Notes under the pieces: generated by a model | What the model was told of the DNA's origin: nothing | The model's database searches: none | What the model saw: only the letters and a program-made list of their open reading frames with translations | Program-made: the position numbers and the translations under genes | Assembly: GCA_003971905.1 (NCBI GenBank) | Contig: RSEE01000091.1 | Coordinates: forward strand, 186,001 to 250,000 | Source: Moniliella sp. 'wahieum' | Lineage: Eukaryota | Direction: 5' to 3' | Length of the DNA stretch: 64,000 nucleotides | Shown: piece after piece, positions 14,655 to 27,569 of the stretch | Position numbering within the stretch: the stretch's first letter is position 1 | Layout: every line of letters starts with the position of its first letter

Positions 14655-16536
14655 TTAGGAGAAGGCAGGGAGTACCGTGTTTTGCTGCCTCTCTGAGCAA
14701 CAGGCTTATATGCTCCATCTCGTCTGATCGCAGCGCGAACCCGAGTCACCTTGCGCGCGTGGAGAGTCAGCATGCGGCCAGTGTCGTTCCTGTCAGCCCA
14801 CAAGACACTTCCTCTGCCCCTGTGCCTCTGTTTCCCCCCGCAATTATATGGCAGGGGGGCAGTGTTTTGTTAAGCCTCTTACCCCTGGGACACGTTGCAG
14901 ACACTGGCCCGCTGCTGGGGATCGCCCATTTTGGATCGCCATGCATGTGATTTTAGTGAGTTTAGTCTTTAACATTACGCGTTACGTTATGAGGAACAAG
15001 CGACGCTCCCTCTATGAGCGCATGAGCCCCAGCTATGAATATTGAATCCGCATGCGAATCTTGAATGTGCGCTGCGACAGCCAACGAAGCTAAAATATAC
15101 ATCCCTCATGGCGACGGCGATGTTGACGCGGGTGATATTGGCGCCGCGCACGCGTGTATGATCCATCCCATTTTGTTGTCCGTGCTGGCGCAAACCATAT
15201 GGTAAATGGCGGAACAGACAGGCGTGGCGTGGTCACATGCAGAGCTGGTGGACGTGGCCACTGGTTCCAACACATTATGATGCCGTCGTAACGATGCACG
15301 TCGTGGTGCCACACATCCGGACTTTGAGACCATTCTCACAGGCAAAACGCGTTCACTATACTATGGTTGTGCGGCCGTAACAGAGCACCACTGCACTGCA
15401 TATCCTGAACATGGACATGATGCATGAGAGGGGAAAGGGCGGACCTTGAGTCTGTTCTAGCAGTGTAGAGGGGACACGCGTACTGCGACCATAGTGACTG
15501 TTGTGGAGAGGTCAACGTTCAACCATCAATATCAATGGGAAACTGGTATTACCCCTAGGAAGTCTCCAGATGGTCCCTACGATTCCTCACGTGCACCGCA
15601 TCGAAACAGTGATGGTCGATGGATCTGCATCAACGACGTTTAACGAAGACAAATATACATATCTTCGCGTGGTCAACTCAGCAGGTGTCACAGTGTTCAC
15701 ACTCAGAACAAATAGAGCGGACCGTTTGATGGTAGAGTTGTGCATAATAGGCTTTGAGGACTGAGTACGTGAGTACTGAGGAGGCGCACTCACGCCTATA
15801 GTCAAAAGAAGGCGAAAGTTGAGCCGCGGGTCTGTTCAACGCATCCAACGGGCGAGAGACCAGTGGGATCATGATGCATGTCTAACGGTCTTTTTGGTTT
15901 ACTTATCCCCAGAAACAACAAAGCGTAGGCGAGGCCAAGCAAAGTTCAACATCGCCATCGCCTACTATACACATCTCGATTGAATATTGACAGAGGGACA
16001 CTCAGTGACCTTCTCGGTGACTCGGGCAGTTCTTCTTTACCGATTGCTGTCGCTGCTGTGAGTTTAGGCGGTGGCCAGGCCGGATAGAGTGACCACTGCC
16101 CCCTGGGGAGGTGTACGCCGATCCGAATGCTGAATAGTGACATGTGACATTTCTCTACAGTGCGAATGATGACACGATACGATATGTCGGTAAACCGACG
16201 ATGCGTGTCCAGCACAACGCTGGAGGACGCCAGTGACAACCAACCAATCGCATGTAAAGCTTAAAGTCGGACGTTCACAACGTTCACGAGGGTGGCACCC
16301 ATTCTGCAGTTTGCAGTTCCTGAGCCCAACCGAAGGTCAGTTCGCCAGTGGATATGGCACACGTCAGAACATGTGAAAGTGGTTGCGGTGAGCCACGATG
16401 CGTCATAATGCGTAACGCGTAACTGAAGCGAGTCACCCCGTGCTCCGAAAGAGCACATCATCTTTGTCACCACGACGCATGTGCTCCGGGACGCAGAGAA
16501 GCAAGTGGGAAATGGAAGCTAAATGCGAGGAGCTAG

Positions 16537-18320
16537 CTAGGCCCTGCTGGCTTCTTCTTGTAAAACGGCTTCTTCTTTGGCTTGTCCTTTTTATCTGGCG
16601 CGGGCACTGAAACGGAAGCCGTAGCAGAGTCGGGGCCAGAGGTTGAAGCAGGCTCTTTGGGGGGAGGGGGAGAGCGTTTGAGGATCGCAATCTTACCCGC
16701 TGGCGAGGGGTTCGAGGGAGCTGTGGAAGGGCCAGAGGGACTTCTTCTTTCCTCCCTTGGGAGGGGGAAGGGGAGGGTCTGCCTTCTCCTTTTCGCTTCC
16801 TTTGACCTTCTTCTCCTTGGGCTTCTCCTTGGGCTTCTCCACGGGCTTCTCTTGGGCTTCTCCTTGAGCTTCTCTTAGCTTTTTCCTTGGCTTTTTCCTT
16901 GGGTTTTCCTTGGGTTTTGCCTTGATGCTCTCCTTCTCTTTCCCCTTGTCCTTTTTCACCTCGGTATCTTTCTCCTTCTTTTTCTTGTCCTTGGCATCCT
17001 CAGGTTTGGCTTTGCTCTGATCCGGCTTCTCTTTACCCTTATCCCGACCCTTCTGCGTTTTCGCGCTGCATCCTCAGATGCTCCAAAAGCGGCGTAGAGC
17101 GGGCCATGGCCTCTTGCGCAAGACGGGCTTCTTGGGCCTTTGCCTCGGTAGCTGCCAGTAGGGACGCGGTGAGCTGCGCATCCGAAAGCGGAGCGGCCTT
17201 CATCTCTTCTTCGGCGGTGGCTTCCTCTTCCTTTCCCTTCAAAAGGTCAAGGAAAGCAATGTACTCCGGATCCTGCTCAATCGTTCCCACCCTGGGCCTC
17301 CAGGCGTTTTCTCTCCGCTCCCCTTGAGGTTCTGGCACTTTCTGATGAGGGGCAAACTCGATCTGGGCAACACTGGTGGTGTTCCTGGTGCTGTCCCTAA
17401 ATGTGTGACCTTGGAATGCACCCACAAACGCACCCAGCGCATCATCCGAGACGAAACTGATGTAAGCTCGAGAGGGGATGGTAGGTTTGGTGCTCCCCCT
17501 GGTAGACATTATTAGCTGCTTGTGAGGCAGAGATATAGATGGGGGGACGTACGTCACGTTGCTTGCCTTGCACATAGCTGATCCACTTGGCCGTACATTC
17601 AAAAGTCAATGTCTGAGTAGGGCTGGGCAGCGGCCTCCCTCACTGCAAGAAGAGAGGGTTCGATCGGTTTCTGTTGAGGCTTGGGAGGTACTGAATTCGC
17701 CTCTTCGACAGAAGGAGGCCAGCCTCAGTATCATTATTAGCGGGAGGAGGGGGAAACTGCAGGCACATCAGTTGCCTCGACAACGTCCCCTGCAAGTACC
17801 TTCTTGGCCGCATCCACTTGGGCAGCGGTACGCACCCAGGTAGGATGCTCGCCCAGAAAATTTTCTCAGGCAATGCTGCTGGCAATGCCGCACGACAACC
17901 TTGAGACGGGGCTTCCGCTCGTGCTTGGTAGCCGGACCCCCCTCCTCCTTCTTTTTCCTCGTCCGCTGTTTTTTCTTGGGCTTGGCTTTGTCCTCTTCCG
18001 CTTCGACCCCTTCTCTGAAGGCTTCAGTTCGGATGAGGGACCCCCCTTCTGTCCCTCAGGCGCATCCTTGGCGCCTTCTTGGCCTTCTTGATTTCTTCTC
18101 TCTTAAGACGCAACTTCTCCTTCTTGGCCGCGGCCTTGGCTTCCTTCCGGGCTTGCGCTGGGGATCCAGCGGCGCCGAGGGTGGTTCGGCGGGTTTCTTA
18201 GGATCCTTGGAGGAGGGTTAGACTTGGTAACCTGTTTCTCCTTACCTTTCCCTTGTCTGTGCTCGCCGGCGGGGTGGACGAAGAGGGTGCGTGACTGGAC
18301 GAGGTCGGGGACGACGACAT
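16537..18320 (-). CDS. UPF3: Nonsense-mediated decay factor UPF3 (Smg4/UPF3 family) with Lys-rich extensions
   Basis: LPEKIFWASI, PSRAYISF...FVGAFQGHTFRD...IEFAPHQKVP...VGTIEQDPEYIAFL...STPLLEHLR are UPF3 RRM-like domain motifs. Intron ~17574-17516 region; frameshifts. Confidence 0.85.
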
Positions 18321-18543
18321 GTTACCAGCGCATCGAGGTGGTGGGCCGCCGTATTGCCGATTACGCCCTCAGGGCTTAGGTCAACCGCGCCGCCCACAAT
18401 AATTTCAAAATGCAACACACAGTGAGCTTACGTACGTCATGCTCCCTTCCTTCTTCCTGGGGGCCTCCTACAGCAAGTCCACTGCCCCCCATCGTCATGT
18501 TGGGACTGTCTGGGCTGCAGATGCTCAACCGCACACCGGTGCC

Positions 18544-18958
18544 ATGGTCGGTGCCGCACTCGGTGCAATTGCCCCCGCGCCCGTATTGGGAGCGCTGCGT
18601 CCTTCCATGCCGGCACTCGGCGGCCTACTGTGGAAGCGCCGCGGCCGTCTCGGACCCGAGCAAAAGCGCAGGCAACGCCAACGCCTGGCCAATGTTGACA
18701 AGGTCATTGCTACTCTCGCTGATAGCGGGGTACAACTGCGTGCACTGCAGCGTTACCACGCTTCTTTCCCCACTGTGGACGAGATGCCCGCCAAGGACAA
18801 GTACCCCACTACTCGCGCAATGCCGGGGCTACCGTAAGCCCCTGAACCATGTACGTAACCTCACCTGTTCTTCTTGACCTTGTGCTGACCCCATTTCTCT
18901 CATCTAGTTCGCCAAGTGGACCAAGGTCGACCGCCGTGTCAACCCAATCGGTTTCTAA
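18544..18958 (+). CDS. MRPL31: Mitochondrial ribosomal protein L31 (mL60)
   Basis: GGLLWKRRGRL...QKRRQRQRLANVDKVI...EMPAKDKY...YRKPLNH|FAKWTKVDRRVNPIGF*. Intron 18851-18907; start codon uncertain. Confidence 0.85.
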
Positions 18959-19158
18959 GTGTATATTGTTCATTCCATCTCGGTTTGTTGCCGTCTTGGA
19001 AGACGCGTGGTTACGGGCGCGGAGCAGAGGTCCAAAAGACGCGATCATAAGCGCCCAGTCCCTTATGGCCCGGAAATATAGGCAGTGTTTGAAGCAGAGT
19101 GAGAAGCAACCGAGAAGTGAATGGCACTTTCAAAGCTCTCCGCGGTCATGAAATGATG

Positions 19159-19447
19159 TCAGTCCATGAGGCGCAGGACGATGCTGGGTGTATACGCCAG
19201 TGTGGCATCGACAACGGGGTGATACGCTAGGTAAAGTCCCACGCCCGTTCCAATCAAGAGGGCGAAAGCGGCAATGCCAAGTAGGACCGGACGTCCAGAG
19301 GTTCTTCTTCCTTTGGAAGGGAGCGGGGTTTCGGCGTGGGCGCACTTCAGCTTGCGTTGGAGACGAGGTTGGTAATCCTGCCCCCACATGCGGTGCGGAT
19401 GGAGAGTCTTCATACTCTTCCCGACGGGGAACGCGTGTGCGGAGCAT
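19159..19447 (-). CDS. Small hypothetical membrane protein (single C-terminal TM helix)
   Basis: ATG at 19447, frameshift into a frame with VLLGIAAFALLIGTGVGLYLAY. No recognised family. Confidence 0.35.
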
Positions 19448-19714
19448 TGTCGTGATTGAAGCTAGAAGCTCGAGTAGGAGTAGTTAACTGGGAGATGGTG
19501 GTGCGACTGGTGGGACAAGAGCGCCTCGGCGGATACGAGACAAAGGGAGTTTCAATATTTCATGGAGTACATGTGGGAGGCCATTCGAGCCAACTAACCT
19601 AATGGATACATGCCGGGCCTATAGCGCGCTATCCATCTCAAAGAAGGCTATCACATCTCTAGGCCAGATATCGTCGGCGAGGATGTGGATGGGAATAATG
19701 CAGTACAAATGGAT

Positions 19715-20811
19715 TTTACTCGTCTTTTCTTGCTTGGGCTTCCGCTCTTTTTTGCTCTCGCTCGAGCGACGCTTCTTAGATTTCTCCTTATCCTTGGAAG
19801 AAGAGGAATGGTGCTTCTTCTCTTTGCTTTCATCAGCCTTGTCCTTGGATGAGTGCTTCGATGAGAGTGGCGGCGTTTTTGTCCTTATCCTTGGACGAAC
19901 GGTGCTTGTCCTTACTTTTATCCGCATCTTCTGGGTGTCACCTGCTCTTGCTTGATCTTCGGCTTAATGTCCACCTCAGGGACGGACGGGTCGTTGGACT
20001 CAAACTGACCACCAGCCGGAGTGGAAATCGCCCCATCATCCATAGTCACATCTTCATGTTGGTCCTCTTGTGCAGCAGCCTCCAGCTGCTCCTCGGCCCC
20101 GTCCACAGGTTGGGTACCGACGGCAGCGACAAACTGGCACGCAAATCGCGTTGCTGCTGACCAGAAAGGAAATGGCGCAATTCCTGCTGCGCCTCGGGAG
20201 CCAGATCAACATTCTGAGTCTTCCCCCATGCCTTGGTCAACTCTTTGTTCCCACCCAGCACGGCCGGATTAAAAAGCCATTGAGCTTATGCGATGGTTGA
20301 GCATGCGGAGTCTTGCGTGCCTTCAGCGCACGCTCCACCTTCTTTGCCTCGTCCTTGGAAATCTGAATGGGTAACACAGCTTCAGCTGGAGGTGCCTGGG
20401 CGGCAGGTGGTGGCGCAAGAGCCACAGTAAGTAATGGCTGGCGGGGAACACGGGCCATAGCCCCACGCTGACCAGGGAGGAAAATGTCAAAGTTGGGCAT
20501 CTCTGCACCGGGGGGAGGTTGAGCCAGACCCTCCTGCAGAGGAACAGGGACAATTTGGTAGTCCACCTTCTCTCCCTTGGGTCCGGCGGAGAAGCGTGCT
20601 ATTGTGGGAACGCGACCCTTCTCCAAAGACGAGGTAAGTGGAAGCTTGAGGCCATCGAGCTCGCTCGCTTTCAGCCCTGCTGGCAGCTTGACCATCCACA
20701 GCGCCTTGTCCTTCGCCTGAAGCGCAGGTCCAAGTGTAGCCGCATCAAATTCGCCCTCATCCTGAAAGTCGGCAAGGCGAAAGCCTGATGGCGCGTGTAG
20801 TCCTCGGACAT
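19715..20811 (-). CDS. RNA polymerase I subunit A34.5/PAF49-like protein
   Basis: LWMVKLPAGLKASELDGLKLP and PHAQPSHKLNGF..P resemble the A34 domain; long Lys/Glu/Ser-rich C-terminus typical of Rpa34. Frameshifted, end approximate. Confidence 0.5.
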
Positions 20812-20978
20812 GGTGGTGGCTGGAGTTTGACAAACAAGGGATGTAGGTGGAAAAAAAGTTCACACTTGATGAACGTCAATCGGTGCAAAATATACTATGA
20901 ACGTTGCAATTTATCTTCGAAGGAGTGAAGTTCACTACATGAGAGGCCCAGGCCACAGCGCAAGCGCCGTGACGTGCG

Positions 20979-21002
20979 TGACGCGTGACGCGTGACCGGT
21001 GA
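20979..21002. repeat. 7-bp-periodic TGA-N4 run in a divergent intergenic region
   Basis: TGA at 20979, 20986, 20993, 21000 with spacers CGCG, CGCG, CCGG. Confidence 0.8.
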
Positions 21003-21491
21003 CAGTGATGTCGTAACAGAGCCCCTACCGCTGCCACACTTCTGCGCAGCTACGGGCTGTTCAAGCATTAGGGGCGTGTGTCCCCTGTCTGTGGGCACAG
21101 GCACTTTGGAGGGGTTCTATATATCTCCACTGTTTTATGACGGTGTGTGTGGCGCAGACACACCAGGCCCGACAAGACCCCACACTCCGCTGCGCCGTCA
21201 TTGCGTCAAAGCGGCGAATGTGGGGTTCCTTCGTTTAAACAATCCCCCTTTCCGTTGCTTATTTTTGTCATGGCAGAAAGAGGCCCCGCCGGGCCAAAAC
21301 ATACGCACACCCCAATCCATCCATCGTCCCGTCCCCACACAACAGAGAAGGCCGGTAAACATTCCTTTGCGTCTCTGTCCGTTTAAGTAGGAGCTGAACC
21401 CACCTATCCCGCCGACGCGCCACCTACTCTCTCCCGCGGCCGCTCCCCACCCCAACTACTACCCTCATCGCTGGCTACACCCGCCGCTACT

Positions 21492-23504
21492 ATGCCAGTA
21501 GATGCATACGCCACCCCAGTCGCTCAGCCTTTGCTTTTAGCTCCGACGATACCCTCTCCACCCTCTCATCCCCACACCCGACCTCGCCCGAACCTTCTTC
21601 CCTTACGCTTCCTCTTCCTCCTCTTCCTCCCTTCACCATCAGCGATACAATGGCGGGGCCCATGTCGGACTCGCTCTTGCCCAGCTCCGGGCGCTCCTCA
21701 CCTCCAATCCTCCCGCTCCTGACATACCCATGTTGTCTGACCAACCCCAGAGCCTAGAGAATCAAGAAGAGGAACATCCCCTGCTGTCACAGTCCGGGAG
21801 CCTCCCACTCTGCCCTTAGCCTCCCCCAAGTCTAACAATACCCCCCGCCTTAGGCACCGACGCCACCCCTGACGACTGGAGCATCGTCTCGCCCCTCTTC
21901 TCCCCTACCACGGATCTGTCGTCCCACCATACCAGCATTACTATGGATTCTTGTGCCTCACCTTCCTGTGATTGGTTACTAGCGTTGCCTCTGCGCCTCT
22001 CGTCGAAGCTTTGCCCCTGTGCAACAGGCGCGACCTGGCCCCTTTCAAAGAGGCTAAGGCAGTCTCCTTTGCTTCTTGTGAGACGAACCATGTGATTTCC
22101 CTGGCTCCACCTACTGCCTCACCCCAACATACAACTCTTCCTCATCTTTTCTTCGTCTCATCCCTTCGCTTCCCCGCTATCGCCACTGTCCGAAGCACAA
22201 GAGGCAAGCCAAGTCCTCGCAACTGCCAGTTGGTCCGATTTGCTGGTGATCCGCTATCTCCTCGCATGGGGAGTAGAAGTGAAGGTAGCCCAATCGTTGC
22301 TTCCTGTGCCTCCGGTTTGAACTAGACGTGGTGGAATCCTGGGCGGCACCCAAACAAGGCTGGCGTGCTTGGTCTGCCTCTCTCCCATCGCACTTATTCC
22401 ATGCAAGCGACAGTGGACTGTCGATTTGCCCACAGGCCCGAAACCAATTGGGTCGGCTTTACCCTTGTTTCTCACTGCCCTTCGAACTGCGTTACCACCG
22501 TCTCCCCCACTCGACTTGCCCCTGGTCACCCGGCCGTACCGAAGCACACCCCAGCCTCGCTGGCCCTGATGAGCTTACATGCGTCCCAAGTCCCTTTAGG
22601 AGAGGGAATGGCCGGGTCAATTGGTACGATGTATGGATGGAAGATCCTTCTTTCACATTGCTTGCGATTTGGTACGTATACCCTCCGAGTCTCACACTCT
22701 CCTTTCTCGACACTGTACTCGTAAGCTATACCTACCTCCTTGGCCTTTTCATATTGGACCGACAGACGTGGTTTGGTGCTCTCTACCTCGGCTTGCATCT
22801 ACACGTTTTTCTTGCCTGGACGATGTACCATGTCGTACACTCGTCGCCCCATCGACAAGCCCCTGAACGGCGGCTACGTGCGCTGGTCGGGCTCGCAGTG
22901 GCCCCAGGACAAAGCCAGGAAGAAGGAGGGGAAGCGTTATTGTGGGCATTGAAATTGGCCCGGATTAGCGAACAAGCAGGCACGTGCTGTCTGGCGTGCA
23001 CCCGGGGCGACCATGCGGTTCCTCTTACTTCTGTATGTGCAGGCTAGTCGGATTGATCATACCACCCGGACTTTGGAGGGCGGGGTCCTGTTCCTTGCGC
23101 CGTTAAGGCGGTGGATGGGCATGGGGGGCAAGAAAGGTCGAACACTCTTCCGGCTCTTGGCCGCGCCCGACGATGCCGAGTTGGCAATGGAGTTGATCCG
23201 CCAACGCGCGGCCGCACAGTGTTTGTCTGGGGTGGCGAGCGAGGCAGTACAGACAATACTGCAGATGCGCGTCCCGCCAGGTCCCAAGGTACCGGACGGA
23301 GTGTATCCTGTCCAAGTGGATGCGGAGCCTACTCGCCTGATCCTGTCTGCCAACCAAATCTGCCTGGTTGGAGACACTGAGGACAAGGGGGTACCATTAA
23401 AAGGTGCAACGGGTCCAAAAGCTTTCCCTACGCGGGTTGGAGATCGTTTTGGTTACGCAGCGGCCTCCACACGAGCAGTGGGTCCTGGAGTTTGCCACTG
23501 TTGA
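21492..23504 (+). CDS. Hypothetical protein, Pro/Ser-rich N-terminus with central hydrophobic segments
   Basis: Chained + strand ORFs; hydrophobic LLGLFILDRQTWFGALYLGLHLHVFLAW; GTACGT donor at ~22672. No family recognised. Confidence 0.3.
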
Positions 23505-24256
23505 GGAGAGGGATCTGTGCTTCAATCATTTGCTGGCGCTCGTGCCAGTAGTTTGGCGAACAGAGTGAACCACTGCTTCTCATTCCACTGTTTTCCTTTT
23601 ATCGGAGAGCCCCATTCGCTCTTGCGTCTCCTTTATATATAAGCGTGTGACCGGGATGATCCGTCCTCTCCCCCTCCTACACCCTCCCTCCTCAAATTCT
23701 TGTACATCTCCATACAGTCTTCGAAGTCCGGCATTCATTGCTCCTGCCGTATTGTTACAGAATCCTCCCGCTCGTTAGGCTCGCAATGACGAGAGAAACA
23801 AAACGATACAGAATGTCAGCATACTATTACGGACAAATTGTTGTTAATTACCCCCCCGGGCCAACTTGTGACTTCCGTCGCGAAAAGGCACAGTATATAG
23901 TAACAGACGTGTGACATGTGTGGCATGGCCGCATATCAGGCCAAAGGCCTCAGGTACGAGAGTAGTTACTTGATGGAAAGGCGCAGTACAAACGAAAAAG
24001 AGAGTGCCACGAAACAAGAGCGACGGCAACAAGACCAAAGAGGGCGTGGATGAGGATGGCGTGAGTCGTAGGGGATGTACACTGCAGTTGGAGTTCACCA
24101 CCAGCCACAGAGACTTGACGATACGTTTTCATCCCGATTTCGAAAGAGTCCATTCATGGTAATTGTTACAGATTGGGGCAACGGCCACAGAGGGTAAAAA
24201 AGGGGATAGATCCTCGGAACTTGAAGAGAAACGCCTGAGGGATACGAAGGAGGAAC

Positions 24257-26100
24257 TTAGCACGTCTCCAGTAGCCGATTTTTCGGCCATCCGTACAAGT
24301 CCCGCGGCCAATTGGTCAGGTTGGGATTGTTGTACGGTTCGGGGTGGGCATCGATGAAGGCTTGGGTGGGATGGTCAGGCGGGTCACATGAAATCCGGGT
24401 CTGTTTCGGGGGCTGGTAAAGCCGTACATAGTACGCTCATGTACGGGGGAAGGTGATCTCGTCCCAATGGATCGCAGTGAATCCCGAGCTAATACCTATT
24501 AGGGCAGGGTTAGATGAAAGGCAGAGGAAACCCCGAGATGAACGCTGGTTGGGGAGGAGGAAGAGGGTGCGTACCTAGATTCATCACGATTGACATGGGC
24601 TCTTGCGGAATCAGGCGTTGGGAGATATTGGCAGCCTCATTTGGGCCGATAGCACCTGCTGTCGCGGTCCATGTGGGAGAGCCGTCCACGTACCAGGTGA
24701 TAAACCCGTTCGTTCCATCTCCATTTAGATCAGGCTCGTATTCAATCGCGAACTCGACATATTCCGAAGCCGGGTCGTCGCGGTACGCTTTATCGGGCAC
24801 CACAGCGACACCAGAAACGGCTTCTTGCCAGACCCCACCCGTATAGGTGTTGAACGTAGTCTCACCATACAGCTTTGCCGACGCGTTGTTCCACCAATAC
24901 GAGGCATCAAATGGCGCGGTTTGCACAGACTGGGACACTCTCCCTCCCGAGCTTGGTTCTGTACCTCGGCAAGGTCGATTTCCGGTGCCGAGCGACCCAC
25001 ACCCACGTTCGGCCCTGGGTGGTCCTCGCCCGGGCATGTACACGCACTCGCTCGTTGGCCTGGGAGGAAGGAGAGCTTGTGGTCGTACATACCAGAGTAT
25101 TGACCATGCGCATTAATCGCTGCTTCGGGCCCAGTTTTCTCTGGGTTGGTCTGATTGGGAAGGGTACCAGTCGCAGGAATCATAGGAGTAGCTGTTCGAG
25201 CATATGAGTCAGTGTGGCGCCCAAACAAGTAAGTGGATGGAAAAAGACATACGGCACATGCCCTCGGTCGAACCCAAATAACCAGGGCGGCCCAAGTTCC
25301 CCATGGTCCAGAGACCGGGCCACACCCCTTTGTGTCGAGGTGCCAGGGAGCTTGACAGCCATGACGAGGTATCCTCCCTGGAAGCAGAGTTTGTTCCAGC
25401 TCTGAAGCATGCCAGATTGAAAGTTGAGGTTGTGCGAATCCTTTTGGATCATGGTGAAGAGCAGTGCGCCATTGGTGGTGTTGACCTGTTCGGGTTAGTA
25501 CCACTCATAGTCACCTGTTGCACCATACCAGATATTAATAGCTTCCCAGAAGGGGTCGTCGCCGGGGTAGAAGGTGCGTCCCTCTTGATTGAACTCGTCT
25601 GAGAAGACCAGTGAGTATTGTTGTTGGATGCTGGGAGGTAAAGTGATAAGCGTTCTGAGGGGTATCAGGATCGATCAGCTGGGGCAAAGACGGCAGGGAT
25701 GCGACCTGGCCAGTCGAGTTGAGATTGACATATTTGTGGGTATGATGAAGGAAATGCCGGGAAGGGGATAGCCGGCAAAAGCATGAGACAGCCGCCAATG
25801 ACGCCAAAGAGGAAATGAGGTTGAAACCCCCCTCCAGTCGATTCCATGCCACCCCGCGTCCTTCTCTCCAGGGCGCATGGCATGCAAGTCATCGTCTGGC
25901 TCGGCTTCGAGGCCCCAGTGATTATCCCAAGCGGGGGCTGTGGCGGCCTTGGCGCCGGTGTGTGGTAGGGGTGGCAACGGAGGCGATCATCATACTTGCG
26001 TGGGAGTGGGGTGGAGCGTGGGCGCCGCGACGGGAGGAATAGTGGGTGTCGGTCCGAAAGCGCTGAGGCGGTGGCGGGGCGGTAGGCGTTGGTACGACAT
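24257..26100 (-). CDS. KRE6/SKN1 family GH16 beta-1,6-glucan synthesis-associated protein
   Basis: [77 protein letters not shown]-terminal SCDPPDHPT...WPKNRL. Introns and frameshifts. Confidence 0.92.
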
Positions 26101-27395
26101 GTTCGCCCAGACTGCCTGCCACCTGCTGGTGGGGGGTGCGGGTGGTCGCAGGTGGGAGGGGGGAAGAAGGGAGGAAGCGGCGCGAGAGAAGAAGCAGCAC
26201 CAGTCGGCGTAATCTATCACGTTTGCAAGCTCCACCAGAAAACCCGATGTGGACGACTGGGCTGCGAAGGAAGCCACATCGTCGCTTCTAGTAACCACTA
26301 TAGCTACTGACCGTAGCCATGGCCTGGGGCGCTGTCAGGGTACCCTAGTACGTACGTCTGAGCTTTGCGCCCTTCTGCGCCCCAACCGTCCCACCATCCT
26401 AGCTCTCCAAGCGCACTGCGCATTTCTTCGCGTCCCACAGGCCCAGACTTCGGAGTAGGAACGACGTTGGACGAGGCCTACGCACGCCGGCACAAGAGAG
26501 GGTTGCCAGGGTCCAACGCCGCGCCGTGCCGTTCCCCGCAATGGGCGACAAAATTTTAACAGTGCGCTGCCCCTCTGTCTCGGCTCGCGACTGGCCGATC
26601 AGACGGCGCGCCCGAGGGATGGCCCGGGATGCGTGGGGTGGCCCAGCGGATAGAAGCCCAGGCCTAGAACCTCCTACGGCGGCTGATGCGCTCTAATCTA
26701 AGATCTAATGGCGCTGATGCCATCGACCATTTGCATCCACCCTCACATACTACGTAGAACCCGGGATGCTGAGCTTCTGTTCCGCCCCACCCATCAATGC
26801 TGTGAAAGAAGGGGCGGTTGGGCAAGATACTTTACTAAGCGATCATGGGTGAGCGCCGCGATGAATCCGCACATCAATGAGGAACGAGGGCTCTGAACGT
26901 GGTTGCCCGTTATAACTGAGAAGTAGCTCTTACGCTACCAAGCTAAGGACGATTGCAAAAGGATGATAGGAAACACGACCTTGTGAGCCACAGAGAGAGA
27001 GAAGGGGGGAATGAGTCGCAACGGATGGATTGATGGCACATGTTCCAGCCCTTATTGGCGCGCGAGCGGGGGAACGATGAGAAGACTTCCGCAGCTTCAA
27101 GCGATACTTCAAGCCACATCCTCTAGTCTGCTGGCGTCTGCCAAAAGAGCGGCATGGCAGCCATGCCGGTCGCGCCCCCCGCACCAGCCCACTCTCACCC
27201 CACTCACCCACACTCACCCACACCCCACGGCTGTCTGACAGGGCACACGCACAGTGTGGGACGCCACCTTCAAGCTTCTGCTCCAAGCTTCATCGATCGA
27301 TCATCGATCATCTCCTCGCGCTCTTTTCTTTTCTCGCTGGATCTGCGCCTCGGCCGATATTGGAGACCCCCTCCCCGCACGCGCTCAAGCAACCG

Positions 27396-27445
27396 TCACA
27401 AGTCACGCATCAGCGTCACTAGTCATAATCACGCGTCACGAGTCA
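27396..27445. repeat. TCA-N4 heptad cluster just upstream of the retroelement ORF
   Basis: TCA at 27396, 27403, 27410 / 27416, 27423 / 27429, 27436, 27443 with spacers CAAG, CGCA, CTAG, CGCG, CGAG. Confidence 0.75.
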
Positions 27446-27569
27446 GGCACACCGAGCGTAGAAGACCACAGGAAGAGGCCGGCCTACTGGGGCGTGCGTG
27501 ATGCATGCGTGACCCTGTCATGCAGTTCGTGACACGCACGCGGGGAGACTTAGTTTTGGCGACTCGCCG

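Noticed and set aside
15501..15764. 87-aa ORF upstream of the GMC gene
   Set aside because: Starts at a non-ATG codon, no recognisable motif, flanked by intergenic-type heptad runs; no support for coding.
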